Assembly: GCA_009602725.1 (NCBI GenBank)
Contig: WELB01000010.1
Span: 756,965-820,964 of the forward strand
From: Spirogloea muscicola
Lineage: Eukaryota
Direction: 5' to 3'
DNA: 64,000 nt
Below are positions 26,767 to 39,539 of this stretch, in pieces (the stretch's first letter is position 1; each line of letters starts with the position of its first letter). Under the pieces are notes generated by a model that saw nothing but the letters and a program-made list of their open reading frames with translations, did not search any database and was not told the DNA's origin. The translations under genes and the position numbers were made by a program.

Positions 26767-29700
26767 GTGCGGCTCCTGTACGTCGGCGACGTCCTGCACG
26801 GCGGCGCCGGCGGGCTTGTCGAGGCGACCACGCCGACGACTCTCGGCGCCCGCCGCCAGCGCGCCGCTGCGTGCCGCTCCGGGCTGGCGGCAGTGCTGGT
26901 GCTGGCCGCCGCCTTGTATATCGCCGTCGAGACGCTCCTCCGCCCGGGCTTGACTGCCGCGGTCGCCGACCGCCAGCTCGCGGCGGCGGCGGCGGCGCTG
27001 GTCGGTGGCGGCCACCTCCCGGCTAACAGCGCCCCTGGCTCCGCCGCGGCCCTGCCGGAGGCATCACCGAGCCGGGGGGACAGGCGAGGCAGGCGGCCGC
27101 CCTGGTCGCCCTGGGGCGACGACGCCGACGACGTCGACGACGAGGGAATCGAGACCGGCGGCGGCGGCGGCGGCGGCGGCAGCGGAGCGGGAGGCCAGGC
27201 AGCCCAGCCAGTGGAGAGTGAGGTAGAGGAGGCAGCGTGGGCGCTGCACGACCCCGTGGAGCGCGACCTGCCGCCGCTGGGGCGGCCCTACGTGCCCGGC
27301 CAGTGCGACCTGGCCGCCGGGCGCTGGGTGCACGACGGCGACCGCAGGCCGCTGTACAGCGGCACGTGCCTGCACCTGCGCAACGCCTGGAACTGCCGCA
27401 AGAACTCCAAGCCCGGTTTCGTGGACGAGTACGCCTGGCGCTGGCAGGTCAGCGGCCGCTCTGCCCACACCACGTACGGCCGCCGAGGCCTCCCATCAGC
27501 AGCTTCTGAGTCACACATGCTGTCCTGATTCGCCATTAGCTTGTGAAAACCAGCGTACTCACGCTCATTCAGCAGGCCAGTGACTGGGTGCTTCGCACAG
27601 GGCTAAGGGGTCCCTTCTTATAATTACTGCTTTTGGTCAGCTGGGATTGCAATTGCTGGCGGCCCCCTCATTGGCTGCTGATGCTGCCTGCAGCCGGATG
27701 CCTGCGACTTGGACCGCATCAACCCGGAGAAGTTCCTGACGAGCTTCCGGGACCGCAACCTTGGATTCGTTGGTGACTCCCTGAACGAGAACATGGTGGT
27801 GTCGCTCATGTGCACGTTGCGGACGGCCGATAAGCTGGCACACAAGTGGGGCAAGAAGGGCGCCTGGAGAGGCGCCTACTTCCCAACTTACAATGTGACA
27901 GTAGCGTATCACAGGGCCGTGCTCCTCGCCCAGTACCAAGAGTGCGTCTCCTTACTGACTCCAACGTAGTGGCCTACTATGGCGCCTTCTGATAGCATGC
28001 TCGCTGGAATGCTGTAGTGGCATCTGCCGACCACTTTCTTGCTGTCTTCACAATGGTGCCCTGAGGTCCGCAATGGAGAGAAATCAGCAGCAGTACCACA
28101 GCACTTTTAGTGACCTGGAGCCAGTGGCATTTGATTGTTGCAGTACTGAGAGCTCCGCTGACACATTGACTAACTTTTGCGTGCTACTCTTCTCCCGCCT
28201 GGCTCAGCTGGAGGGCGCAAGATGCGCAAGGACCTCTGGAGCAGCTGGGCTACCTGCAAGGCGTCCGTGTGGATGTGGACCAACCTGCGGCTGACTGGGC
28301 CCTCATCACCACCTTTTACCACGTCTTTGTTTTCAACTCTGGCCATTGGTATGATGCTTGACCAAGGTTCTTGTCAGCCTGTCAGGGGGCTTGTGGGTCT
28401 TTAGCACATTGCACAATTCCTAGTCCTTGTCTATATGAGTGTGTTGGTTCCATTAAGGGGTGGTGCCTGGCGTAGAGAGCCAGTAGAGAAATTTGTTGCA
28501 ACACAGACTTGTATCACCTTTCCAGATGCGCAAGTACTGACTTCTCGTAAGCTGGCGCCAGGGGTAGTCTACTGTAGTCGCAATTGTTGAATTACAGAGC
28601 AGTTGACTTTGTCAGTCTAAAAGCTATGGCGTTGACCTCTGTCCTTTGTGTCCCATATCGACGTCATGATGCAGCAGTAACAGTGAGCAGCTGCAGATAC
28701 GTGCTGAAGTTGGGCTGAAATCGACAGAAAAGATAGGAGGAATCTAGGTCTCAGATGACAGCGTTGGCAGCGTTTTGCAGGTTCAGTGCAGACAAGTTTG
28801 ACAAGCAGGACATGCCACTGCTGTTCTTTGATGGTGGGGAGCCCGTAATGCCTCCATTGGACATTATCCGCGGCTTTGCTTTGGTCATGAAGAGGTCATT
28901 ATTGTTCTTCCAAGTGCTTACAATGTGATGCGAACCTGGTCGGGTGACAGTGATGCCTTTCAGAACGTGCGGACATGCTACTACATCGAATTTGCTGAGT
29001 GTGCTACATGCAGCCACTCCAGGTTGTGAAGCATACATTTAAGCCCAGTAGCGTTAGGTGGTAGATTTGTCGTAGACCACAACTGCTCAAGGAAGTGCAA
29101 TGGGTTGGCTCGTCTTAATGAAGTGGCACGCCTCTGCCCTCCCCAACTCTACTTCAATGTCAGCAGAATGGTTGCCCACATTGAGAAGACGGTGCCCAGC
29201 GATCGGATTAAGCTATGGAGGCTACAGTCACCACGCCATTTTGAGGGGGGCGAGTGGAATACCAACGGAACCTGCACGGACCTCCCGCTCCTCAGCAAAC
29301 GCCAGGTTGGAACCAGTCCTCAACTCTGGATGCTAGATCTAGGTCGTGTGTGAATCGTGTGCCAGCATCGAGCATCCCTCTGAATCTCATGCAGCTTAGA
29401 GACAGCCGCTAAATCTCAGAGGCTCCAAGCTCAATGCGGGCTGCTTTGAATGCCCTTAGCGGGCTCGGGGATGAAGCACGTCCTTGAGTGGTGAACTACG
29501 AATAATGTTGGCGCTCCGCCCCAGCAGATGGGCAGCTGTAAATGTGAGTGGTCAGGGCCTCACTGTCTATGACATCAATGATGCCGAGACAGGGAGGTCT
29601 GTCCCTCTCCTCTGCAGGTGGAGGAGTGGTTCAGGCCAGAGAACGGCGGCGTCAACCGCGACGCACGGGAGCTCAACACAATCATCACCTCCGCCCTGCA

Positions 29701-29959
29701 AGACACCAGCATCCGCCAGCTGGACGTTACGGGGCTGAGCGAGTTCCGGGCAGATGCCCATCCGGCCCGGTGGATGTATGGCAAGGCCCCAGGCAAGCAG
29801 GACTGCCAGCATTGGTGTCTGCCTGGCGTGCCGGACACATGGAACGACATCCTCGTGGCCCAGCTCCTTCGGCAAAGCGGCCAACACCTGGCGGCCGAGG
29901 CGGCCCATCACCAGCCGACCAATGGGTCTGCTGCGCTGCCCACCCAGGAGGATGAGTAG
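26767..29959 (+). CDS. Trichome birefringence-like (TBL/PC-esterase) polysaccharide O-acetyltransferase, TBL12-like; start uncertain
   Basis: N-terminal TM helix, PMR5N domain (CDLAAGRWVHD...PLYSGTC...NCRKN...WRWQ|PDACDL), GDS motif (FVGDSLNENMVVSL), KKGAWRGAYFPTYNVTVAYHRAVLL, QSPRHFEGGEWN and DCQHWCLPGVPDTWNDIL; stop at 29959. Confidence 0.93.
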
Positions 29960-30850
29960 CAGTCTGCTCCCCAGTCGCCAGCAAAGGCCTCCACCACTTG
30001 GCACTGGCTGCAGCCCCTCCGAGGACTCATGGCGCCGTCACATCTCACTTCCGGGCCTGTGCCAAGGGTGGTTGGGGGCTGGCTGCCGTGGAGCTTGAGG
30101 GGTGCCCCGCAGTGCCGCGGCTGAACAATCCGGACCTCGTCATCGACGGTCGGGGACAGAAGGCGAGCGGTCCGGTGCGCGCGCGGGAAGAGGGGGAATT
30201 TGAGAGGATATGGTTGACCGCGCATGCGTCTGATCGTGGGGCATGAGGGAATGGCCCGCCGGCCCGAGTAGAGGGATGTGGTTGGGCGGCTTGTTGTGGG
30301 ATAGAGATGATAAAAGGGGCGGCGGGGGGGCCGGGGGGGTTTTGGGGCATGCAGAGCGGCGGGACGGGGAGGGGAGGCGGGCCCGGCGGGCCGGGCGGGA
30401 GGCACGAGCGGGAGATGGCTGGCTGGCGGATGGTGGGGCGAGACGGCACGAGATGGTGGCCAACCGGGGGCCCACGTTCGGCCGGCACGTGGGAGTGCGC
30501 GCCAACGTGGGCCCCCCGGGGGGGCGGGCGCGGCGTCCCAGACCGCCGCCTGCCGCTGCTGCGGCGTGTGCGTGGAGAAGCGGGGACATCGGCGGCGGGA
30601 AGGGGAGGAGGCGGCCGCCGGGACGCTGGGACCCCGACGGGACGCGACGAGACGGGGCGAGACGGCGGGAGGGCTTGGGTAGTGGTGGTGGTGATGATGG
30701 GCGGCGGCGATACGGCGCGGGAGTGGGGGATGGGGGTCGGCGGGCTCGGGGCCGCCACGGCTGGCGGCCGCTCCCGCCACCACCCTCCGCATTTACGGGC
30801 CCGACGGCCGGACGTGGGCCCGCGGCCGCCCCGCCCGCGGCGCGCCGTGG

Positions 30851-31322
30851 NNNNNNNNNNNNNNNNNNNNNNNNNNNNNNNNNNNNNNNNNNNNNNNNNN
30901 NNNNNNNNNNNNNNNNNNNNNNNNNNNNNNNNNNNNNNNNNNNNNNNNNNNNNNNNNNNNNNNNNNNNNNNNNNNNNNNNNNNNNNNNNNNNNNNNNNNN
31001 NNNNNNNNNNNNNNNNNNNNNNNNNNNNNNNNNNNNNNNNNNNNNNNNNNNNNNNNNNNNNNNNNNNNNNNNNNNNNNNNNNNNNNNNNNNNNNNNNNNN
31101 NNNNNNNNNNNNNNNNNNNNNNNNNNNNNNNNNNNNNNNNNNNNNNNNNNNNNNNNNNNNNNNNNNNNNNNNNNNNNNNNNNNNNNNNNNNNNNNNNNNN
31201 NNNNNNNNNNNNNNNNNNNNNNNNNNNNNNNNNNNNNNNNNNNNNNNNNNNNNNNNNNNNNNNNNNNNNNNNNNNNNNNNNNNNNNNNNNNNNNNNNNNN
31301 NNNNNNNNNNNNNNNNNNNNNN
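30851..31322. other. Assembly gap (N run); further gaps at 46948-47029 and single Ns at 10181, 26749 and 35428
   Basis: Seen directly; all gaps lie in extremely GC-rich islands. Confidence 0.99.
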
Positions 31323-31421
31323 CCGCGCGCCCGCCCGCGCGGCCCGCCGCAATGCCGTGAGACCGCGCGGCGCGACCGCCCGGAGCAGGCGCCGCTCTCG
31401 GCAAGCCCCGGCGCTTGCGCC

Positions 31422-34299
31422 ATGAAGCCCGATCCCGCGCACGCTGATCTGGCGGCCGCGCTCGTGGCGGCCATGGGCCAGCAGCAGCAGCAGCAGCAGC
31501 AGCTCGGCGGGGCCAGCCCCTCGCCCATGGCCTGGCTGCCGCCGCCGCCGCTGCCATTGCTGCTGCTGCAGCAGTCGCAGCCGCAGCAGCAGCAGGTCCC
31601 GCGCCCGGCATTGAGTGCCGCGGCCCTCGCGCGGCTGTCCGCCGGCCTCCCCGCGCACTTCCTGCAGTACCTCCAGCCGCAGCACCAGCAGCAGCCACAG
31701 CACCTCGGTGGGGCGCCTATGGAGGGCGTGTGCAAGCCCGGCCCCGGTGCATCGGCGGCGCTTCTCCCCGCGCTCATCACCCCCCGTGGCCAGCCGGCCC
31801 AGTCCATGGCTGCCTCCTCCACCTCGCGCAGCGGAGGGGCGGCGCCGCCGCCTCCGCCGCTCAACATGTCGCTGTCGCGCACCACCTCCGGCTCCGGCCT
31901 GGGGCCCATTGGAGGGCGGCCTCCGACGGCTCCACTGGTGGAGCCGCAGCAGCAGCAGCAGCAGCCGACGGGGCTGAGCGTGACGGACCTTATCACGCAG
32001 CTCGTGGCGGAGGAGGTGCGGACACAGCTCGTCAAGACGGGCCTGCTGGACGGCTCGATGGCGGGGTCCCTCGGCAGCCTCAACCCCCGCAATGTGGGCG
32101 AGCTCGTCCGCCAGATCCTGGGCCGCCAGCACGCGGACGTTGCTGCCAGCGCCGCCAACACAGCCGCTTGCGCGGGCTCGTGGGCAGCCCCAGGGGGTGG
32201 GGCTGCTGAACCAGGACCAGGCTCTCAGTCAACGCTGCAATGCTCCCTGTCGGCGAGCTCTCTGGGAGGAGGGAGCCCGTACGGACAAGCAGAGCAGCAG
32301 CGCCAGGCGCACGTGTCGGGAGCGGCAGGCAGGCCAGACGTGGTGCATCATGGGGCCGGTTTGCTGGGTTCGCAGGCGGCCATGAGCCAGCCCACACATC
32401 CTGGCTGGGAGGCAGGCTGTGGTAGAGGGCAGAGGCTCGTCCCGTCGCCCCAACCCAATCTACAGGCGCTGCCGACAGACGCCGCCCAGAGCTCGGGCTG
32501 CGCGAGCTCCGCCATGAGCTCAGCACAGGGCGGGAGCTCGGGTGTCACCATGCCATCAGGGCAGCTGACCTGCGCTGCCGACACTAGCAGAAGCAGTGAG
32601 GATGCGTGTGCATCTGCTTATGAAATGGCAGTGCCCACGGCCTCGCTGCTGGACGACTTCGACCTGGAGGCCGATGCAGCTGCCCAGGCCGCCGGTGGCT
32701 CTGAAGGGGGGGGTGGTAGCAGCGGTGTGCCGCCTCCTCCGGGAGCCGCCAAGAGCTCAGGCCTCAACGATGACTTCTTTGCCGAGCTCATGGAGACATT
32801 CCCAAGGGGGCATGGCCAGCACGGCGCGGGTGTCGCACTCGAGGAGCCTCCTGCCAAGTGGTCCAGTCTGCTGGACGATGAACTGGTCCAAGCAGCCGGC
32901 AACAAGTGTTCTCCCATGCAAGACGACATGGCCGCTGATGTTGTGGAACTCAGTGATCAGGAGGATGGCGATCCTGGGCGGCAGGCAGCCTGGAGACAGT
33001 ACAAGGCCTCTGCTGGCAGCAAACGGATGTCTGCGGAGCTGGTAGGTCGCCCTCTTCCGCGCCGCTGCCTCCGTCGCTTTCTTAGCACTCAGCCTGTCTG
33101 GTCGTGGCCAGCATGACCAGCAGGCTCCCTGGTATTGATTGCAAGACAGAGGCACTGATGTCGCGCCCGATGGGCAACTCGTGATGGTCCCATTCCTGCA
33201 GGAAGATCTGATCCAGGAGCTTTCAGGCAGCGGGCCGCAGCCACTCGCCACGCCGCCGCTGAAGCGGTCTAGCAGCGGCCCTGTGCTCACCAGCACATTC
33301 CGCCCCAGCATAAGCAGGGGCAGCACCCCGCCGCATGATGGGCGACTCTTACGCAGCGAGAGCGGGCTCTCGGAGTCAGCCAGCCCGAGCCATAGGGGTC
33401 CTGGAGAGCGGAAGAAGGGTGTGACAGCTGCGCCTGACTACCAAAGCTCGCGGGCCAAGGTGAACCCTACCTCCATGTCCTTGTCAGGGAAGCACTGCCC
33501 CAACAGTTATCAGTCGATCAATGACCTCATCTGCCACAAGTGTTGGACCCACAACTCATATGAGGTGCAACGATTGCCTGCCTGCTTGTCCAGAAAAGGC
33601 GCGAACGTATTAATGAACGCCTGCGCAAGCTGCAGCAGCTCGTGCCAGAAGGGACAAAGGTGAGTCAGCAATGGACAGCAATTTTGCAGCAGCTGTCCTG
33701 CGTGCAACTTTTCTGATTAATTACTAAAGTTTATGGCATGAGTCTGAAGTAGGGGCATGACGGGCAGACCCCGCAAGAGGGCCTAATGTCCCCTTTGCCT
33801 GATTGCAGATGGACACGCTGACAATGCTTGAGAAGGCCTTTGATTATGTCAAGTATCTCAAGCTTCTCATTGAGGTACACTGCCTTGCATACTGTGCTAC
33901 TTTCATTTGCCTGCTGGGTTGCACTACTATGGCAGTGGCAGTGGCAGTGGTAGGGCTTCAGGCCAGATTAGGCAGAAAGACTCATAGCCATCCTAAGAAG
34001 ACATTGCTATGTCCGCTTCAATGAATATATAAGATGCACAAAGCCTTACAGGTACTTCACTGATAATGTTGATCAAAAACTTCGTCGCACAGGTACTCAG
34101 GACAGACACGCTGTGGAGCAAAGAGGGAGGGGACGACGGCACGCCCCAGTCTATGCTACAGGACCTCGTGGCTCGAAGAGACGGCAACCCAATAGAGGCC
34201 GTGCAAGCTGAAGCAAGCTTGGCACAACTGCAGCAGCTGGCTGAAACATTCCGGATGCTGCCCCCAGTGCCATCTGTTCCAGCGCCGCAACAATCCTGA
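31422..34299 (+). CDS. bHLH transcription factor, group VIII, RSL/RHD6-like, with a long Q/P/S-rich N-terminus (start may lie in the upstream N gap)
   Basis: Spliced domain APDYQSSRAK|KRRERINERLRKLQQLVPEGTK|MDTLTMLEKAFDYVKYLKLLIE|VLRTDTLW. Exons end at 33459, then 33594-33659, 33809-33874 and 34093-34299, all GT-AG phase 0. Confidence 0.9.
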
Positions 34300-35069
34300 C
34301 GCAGCCGCCTTCTAAGCAGACATCTTCGCAGCTTCACCCATTCATGGGCCGCCCACTGTGCTACTAGCATGCAGGACCAGGATGATGGGCTTTTGTTCAT
34401 TGTACTGAAGACCCCTGGTGAGGTCCCCGTGTTCAACAACCCGTCAGCCTGCGAGATCGCCTGGGCGACTGTTCAATACCATTCATCTATATGCCCCAGG
34501 ACAGCCCTGCGCGAGCAGAGAGCTGCTCAAGTCCGGGGCGACTGATTATACGTAGCCATTGCTTATAGAGGACAGGGCCATGAGGCCCTGATTCACCCGG
34601 CTGGCTTCGGCCGGGGTCGACTCAGAGAAAGCTTAGTACACAGGCTTGTGGTCACCAGACTAGGGCCCCTCCAGCTGCCTTTTAAGGACAGCTGACAGTC
34701 CGCGTTTGGCAGAGCGAGCATGGAGCAGGACGCGAAGCTGTGGGGGCTCAGCCATCCGCCTCGCCTTTCCTCCACGCGGTCTCTTTCGTTATCTCCACTA
34801 TGTTCCAGTAGGTTCCCAAGGGCCATGGTGGTGCGCGTCAGCCACCTCTAGCCAGTGTGAATGCGCCAATCCTGGAGCACGTCTTGTTCAAACAGTGGGT
34901 ACTTGAGTTTGTCGGCCGAACTGCAGCCTAGGCCAGCGGTCTTGCTGGCCGTGTATCTTGACATTCATCACACCATGTGGGCTTGGTCACTAAGCCACTA
35001 CTAGTCCACAGGGCCGGTAGAGGTAGACGCTTCGGGGCATGAGCGGCGTTCTGGGGCCTTTTGTAAGGC

Positions 35070-38000
35070 ATGATTCGGCCTCCCTATCATATTCATGCGC
35101 GCCTTGCTCTTCCAAGGGTGACTGACGGGCGGTGAAGCTGGCGACGGGCCGCGGCTGCTCTGGCGGCGTCGCCGTGGGCGAGGCGGAGCCGGCGCGTGCA
35201 AGCAGCGGGAGGCCGGTGGGGCGGGGGCCACCTGGGGCGGGCGGCGCTCCGACCGTGCGGGGAGCCCGAGCGAGGCGGCGGCAGACGCGAGGGGACCGTC
35301 AGCTGTGATGACGGCGGGGGGGCTTTCCCTGTCCCCCGCTCGAGGTGCAGCCCGCGATGGGAGGCGGGATCTACGGCGGAGGAGGCGGCGGCGGCGGCGG
35401 CCGCACCGCGGCGTGCCGCCACGCGGCNGGGAGCGCGGCCTAGTGGGCGGAGGCGGCGGGGGAAAGGAGGAAAGGCAACGGGCGCGCCGCCCCCCCCCCA
35501 CGGCGCCGGCGCCGCGGGAGCCGGGGCCTGGCGCACCACTCCCCCCCCGCCCCCTTCTGTGCCGTAGTACCCCCGTCTCGGCCTGCTGGGCCGCTGCCAA
35601 GCCCGCCGTCCTTACTGGGGTGCCCCATGGCGCCGTGTCGCGCCGCCAACCCCTCCCGCCCGCTCGCTCCCTTCGCCTCCGCTTCATGCGCACCGCCCGC
35701 CGTCTCGTCGTCCCCTCCTGGGCTGGCCTTCCACGGCCGTCGCCCCCCTTCTTCCTCTCGGAGGAATCTCTGAGCTTCTCTGGTCACTTCGTTCACGTTT
35801 TCTCCGGGCTGGTCAATGACAGCTATCGCCCTCGCCTGGAAGAGACTTTCTTCTGGGGCTGGCCTTCCACGGCCGTCGCCCGTCTTCTGGACAGGTTCGG
35901 TCGGAAGCACTCTTTGACTAGCGGGGAGACATCGGCTCTCGTGGCGTGGTCGGGGCGAGAAGCCGCGCGGTGCGCATGCTCTGAGCTGGAGGCCAAAGCA
36001 GCTAGTACAGTCTGTCAACATGAACAGTGAACAGTCCAAGAGGCGGACAGGGAACGGATTGCGGCGGCGCGACAGACTGACGCGCGGGAAGGCCGGGCTG
36101 GCGGTCTCGGGCTGGTCGGGTGGTGTCACACCGTCTGAATCATTTGTCTCCTACTACTCCTGGAGAAGCTCGAGTCGCCCCGAAACCTGCTCACCACTGT
36201 TAACAGATGGCGCGCGGTGCGCATTGAAGAAAAGCCAAATCAAGTCGCTCTACCGTTCCGGCAAAAGCGGATGCAAGGTATGCAAGAGGTCCGGGACGGG
36301 ACACGGTACCCCAAAAGTACGACAGCCGCCCACTCTCCAGTATTATTGGTCATGTGTCTGTCTTAGACGCACTCATTACGATCACTTAGCCCCACTGCAG
36401 GCTGCCGGGTTTCAGGCCTTTTCGTCGGATTGATCGGCTTCGGTGTTCTACGTTTGCGTCACAGTGTCCAATGTCGTCCCGATTCGGCCTCCTGGAGCTC
36501 CAGCACCATCTCAGCGCACCAGCTCTCCTTTGCACATACAATCGCCTGAACAATATCGGCCTGGCCTCCCTTTCATATCATGCACACACGGCGCGCCTCC
36601 CCTTTTGAATAGCCGACTCCCTAATGTAAGACAGGACAATGTCGTTGGTACTGGTGCAATCTAGTCACACCTCCTGGCTTAGCATTGGGCACAAGCATAA
36701 TCGCCTGTCGTGCACAGCCGCACCATGGTGGGCGAAGCCCCCAGATGTGGTGCTGGTGCGGCGCTGGTGCACAGGAAGCTCGCTGTATTGGCCAATTGCT
36801 AACAGGTGGCTGTCCGTGTTGACACTGTCCCTCAGAGGCAGTTTGGGTTGGTAATTGCTGTGAGTATATGTCGAGCGAGACTGTCCACATCCGTATCCAT
36901 CCCTATCCGTATCCATTCTTCTCGGGGCGGCGCCCTTCACAGCCACCGCCTCCTTCTGTAGGTCTTAAGATGTGCTTGCCTTTGTACTTGGCCATTTGGC
37001 CTTCGTTTGTTTCAAATACACGAAATCTTTTCTTCTGCAGTAGCCATCTATCTTGTTTGAGAGGCCTGAGCTAGCGAACAGGCAAAGAGGCAATCAGGCA
37101 AAGCGCTTGCTGCCGCTTATATGTGTCCGGTGGCCTCTAGTCTGGTGCTGCATCAGGCCTTCGCCTTTCCTGGCTGGCTCGAGCTCATGCCCAACTTGAG
37201 ATCGTGTGCTATCCGGCCGGCCCCACACGCAGACACACAGGCACTGCCACTCATTGGGAGCCCAGTTCATCATTCCAACTGCTGTCAAATAGGGGTTTTG
37301 AGCTAAGTCCGAATATCGCTGTCTTGGCGAAATTCGTCCTCCATACTACGGTGGCCACCTTTCCAGCGCACCATATCTTTGGCTGGCCGCAAAGAGCCCC
37401 TCCAACTCCGCACAGAGCCTCTCCACACTGATATCCTTTGCCTCCGCAAAGAGCCTCTCCACACTGACACCCTTTGGCTGGTTTGGAAGAAGCCTTGTCT
37501 TATTCTGCTCCTTCCATACCTCTGCAGCGCTCTTGGCTAATCATCACCGTAATAGGCGCGCTCCAAGCCAGACCATTGGCTTCCATGGTGGTGCTCCGGC
37601 TCCACAAGAGCCTGTCGGATTGTATGTGCTCACTCGTGGGTTCTGAGGTCTCGCTTCAGCTGGCTTTGGCACCGTTATCTTGTCACCAGTAGCATAGGGC
37701 TTCGCTTTATGTGACCCAAATTTCTGAATGTGCTCTTTCTTGAACAAGCTTTCAAACGGTGTGTTGGCTTGATTTGGCCTCCCTCTATATTCAGGCACAC
37801 AGCGCTTATTCTTTTTCATTCCTGTGGTACAACCCCAGCTCGTCTCTATTTGCCATCCGGTATTTGGGCTTCAGTTAGCGACCTCTATGTGCTGACTCGT
37901 GGTTACTAAGCGGGTCAGCTTAGCAGGTGACGTACATTGTCAATGTGCTTGCCTTTGTACTTGGCCACACAGGCCCTCCATCTCTTAACACACTCCATTC

Positions 38001-39300
38001 GCCCTCCTATCCGCGGCGGAAGTAGGTGATCCGTCTGCCATGTCAACGTCATGGGCCTCGTCCTCATGCCCCGCGTCTCCGGCCTCCGCCGCGGTGTTTA
38101 AAGAAGGCGCGTGATGCGCATGAAGTGACTTGATGCCAAGGGGAGCCAGTACACTGTTCAGGCACAGGTTATTGCAAGGAATGGGGGCTACACAAACTGA
38201 AGCCCTAGGCCAACAGGGGAACAAAGCCAAACCACAGCTCAAAGGGGACTTCAGTCCCCATGAGTGAGTACCAGCAATCCCGACATGCTGAGTTGAGGAG
38301 CCGGAAAAACCGCCATGGAAGCCAGTGGCAAGCCCACCTCCAGTACGTGGATATATGGTCAAAGCCTGGGAGCGCTGCCCAATGAGTAAGAGCCGCATTT
38401 TGTGATATGCAACCAGCCCTTGGTACACTAAATGTACCCCAATCTGCCCTCCGACTACGACGGCATGCATCATCCAGCTGTTGAGGGGCCTCCGCAGGCT
38501 CCAAGGGGAAGGGGCAAGCAAAGAAGCTTCTCCCTCTCCTTAAGAAGGCGATAAGAAAACAAGCGCTTTGCAATTGGGGCGATGGCAAAGAAAGTGTTAG
38601 GCCCAAACCGGTGGGTTAAGGCCCGAGGGGTCAAGAGGGGCGAGGACATGGGCATAGCGCTTGCCTATTCCGAGCACTGTCCATTCTTACAACCTATGTC
38701 AGGGCCTCCTGCCATTCGTTCTTTCTGGGCTGGCCATTCACGGGCACTGCCCCCTTCAGGAAGAGCTTCCTCCCCCCTGCAGGAGCAACTTATCGGCCTC
38801 TCTCTGCTGTGAACTTCCACCATCAGAATCTGGAGCCCCTCAGGGTCAGCAGCAACCAAGCCCCATCCCAACCCCCGGGTAATCCTGACTTGCACGGGCC
38901 GAGAACGTTGACCACAACCTGTATCCCAACGTTTTGACCGGTGTGACATGCAAGAGGTCCAAGGCTGGACAGGGTAACCCACAACAGCCGCTTGGTCCCC
39001 AATATCCGTGTTCGAAATTCATAAACAATCCGCTGATCAATCTCTTCTGTATAGCCAACCCACCTCATCACGCAGCAACAATTGCTCACGGAGACACCCT
39101 CCTGACATGCACGTCAGCACTCTGACCACAGCCGTACTTGTTCAAGCAATGACACCCAATGCCCAAGAGCAGACAAACACCCACGTACTCGACACAAGGA
39201 GATTGAAGAAATACAGGTGGCACCTGTGGACCCCCTGCCCAGTTCCAATTGCATCCTGTCACAGCCAAGCACTGAATGGGCTTGACACCAGGTTGTAGCA
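35070..39300. mobile_element. Patchwork of CRE-like UTR and ORF fragments; decayed minus-strand copy at ~38250-39300
   Basis: UTR modules (TCATGCGCACCGC, GGGCTGGCCTTCCACGGCC, TGTGCTTGCCTTTGTACTTGGCCA). ORF ends at ~37640 and ~37908 (DLYVLTRGY*). Minus strand QRSQALTIYPRTGGGLATGFHGG. Confidence 0.5.
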
Positions 39301-39539
39301 CCTCAATGCTGAGAAAGCTCATGCCCTTCCTCCTCAGCGGTTTCACCTGTCCAGTCTGCCAGAGGTCCAAAGCCCGCACGGATGTGCTGAAATCTGAGCC
39401 AGCCTGTGAGTGGCACTTTGTGCCACACACTCTCAGGCAGCAACCCCTGAACGTATGCGAAGTAAACACGTAAGCGTCATGATTGTAATCAACTTATTCA
39501 ATGCTTGCTTTGCTGTGCTTTACTTTGTTTTACTCAGTA

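Noticed and set aside
30045..32161. Long minus-strand ORFs (673-695 aa) and the 957-aa plus ORF start
   Set aside because: They run through a 472-nt N gap in stop-poor GC-rich DNA and are shadows of the bHLH exon.
37388..37475. Short tandem duplication (AGAGCCTCTCCACACTGA twice)
   Set aside because: Local slippage within decayed repeat DNA.
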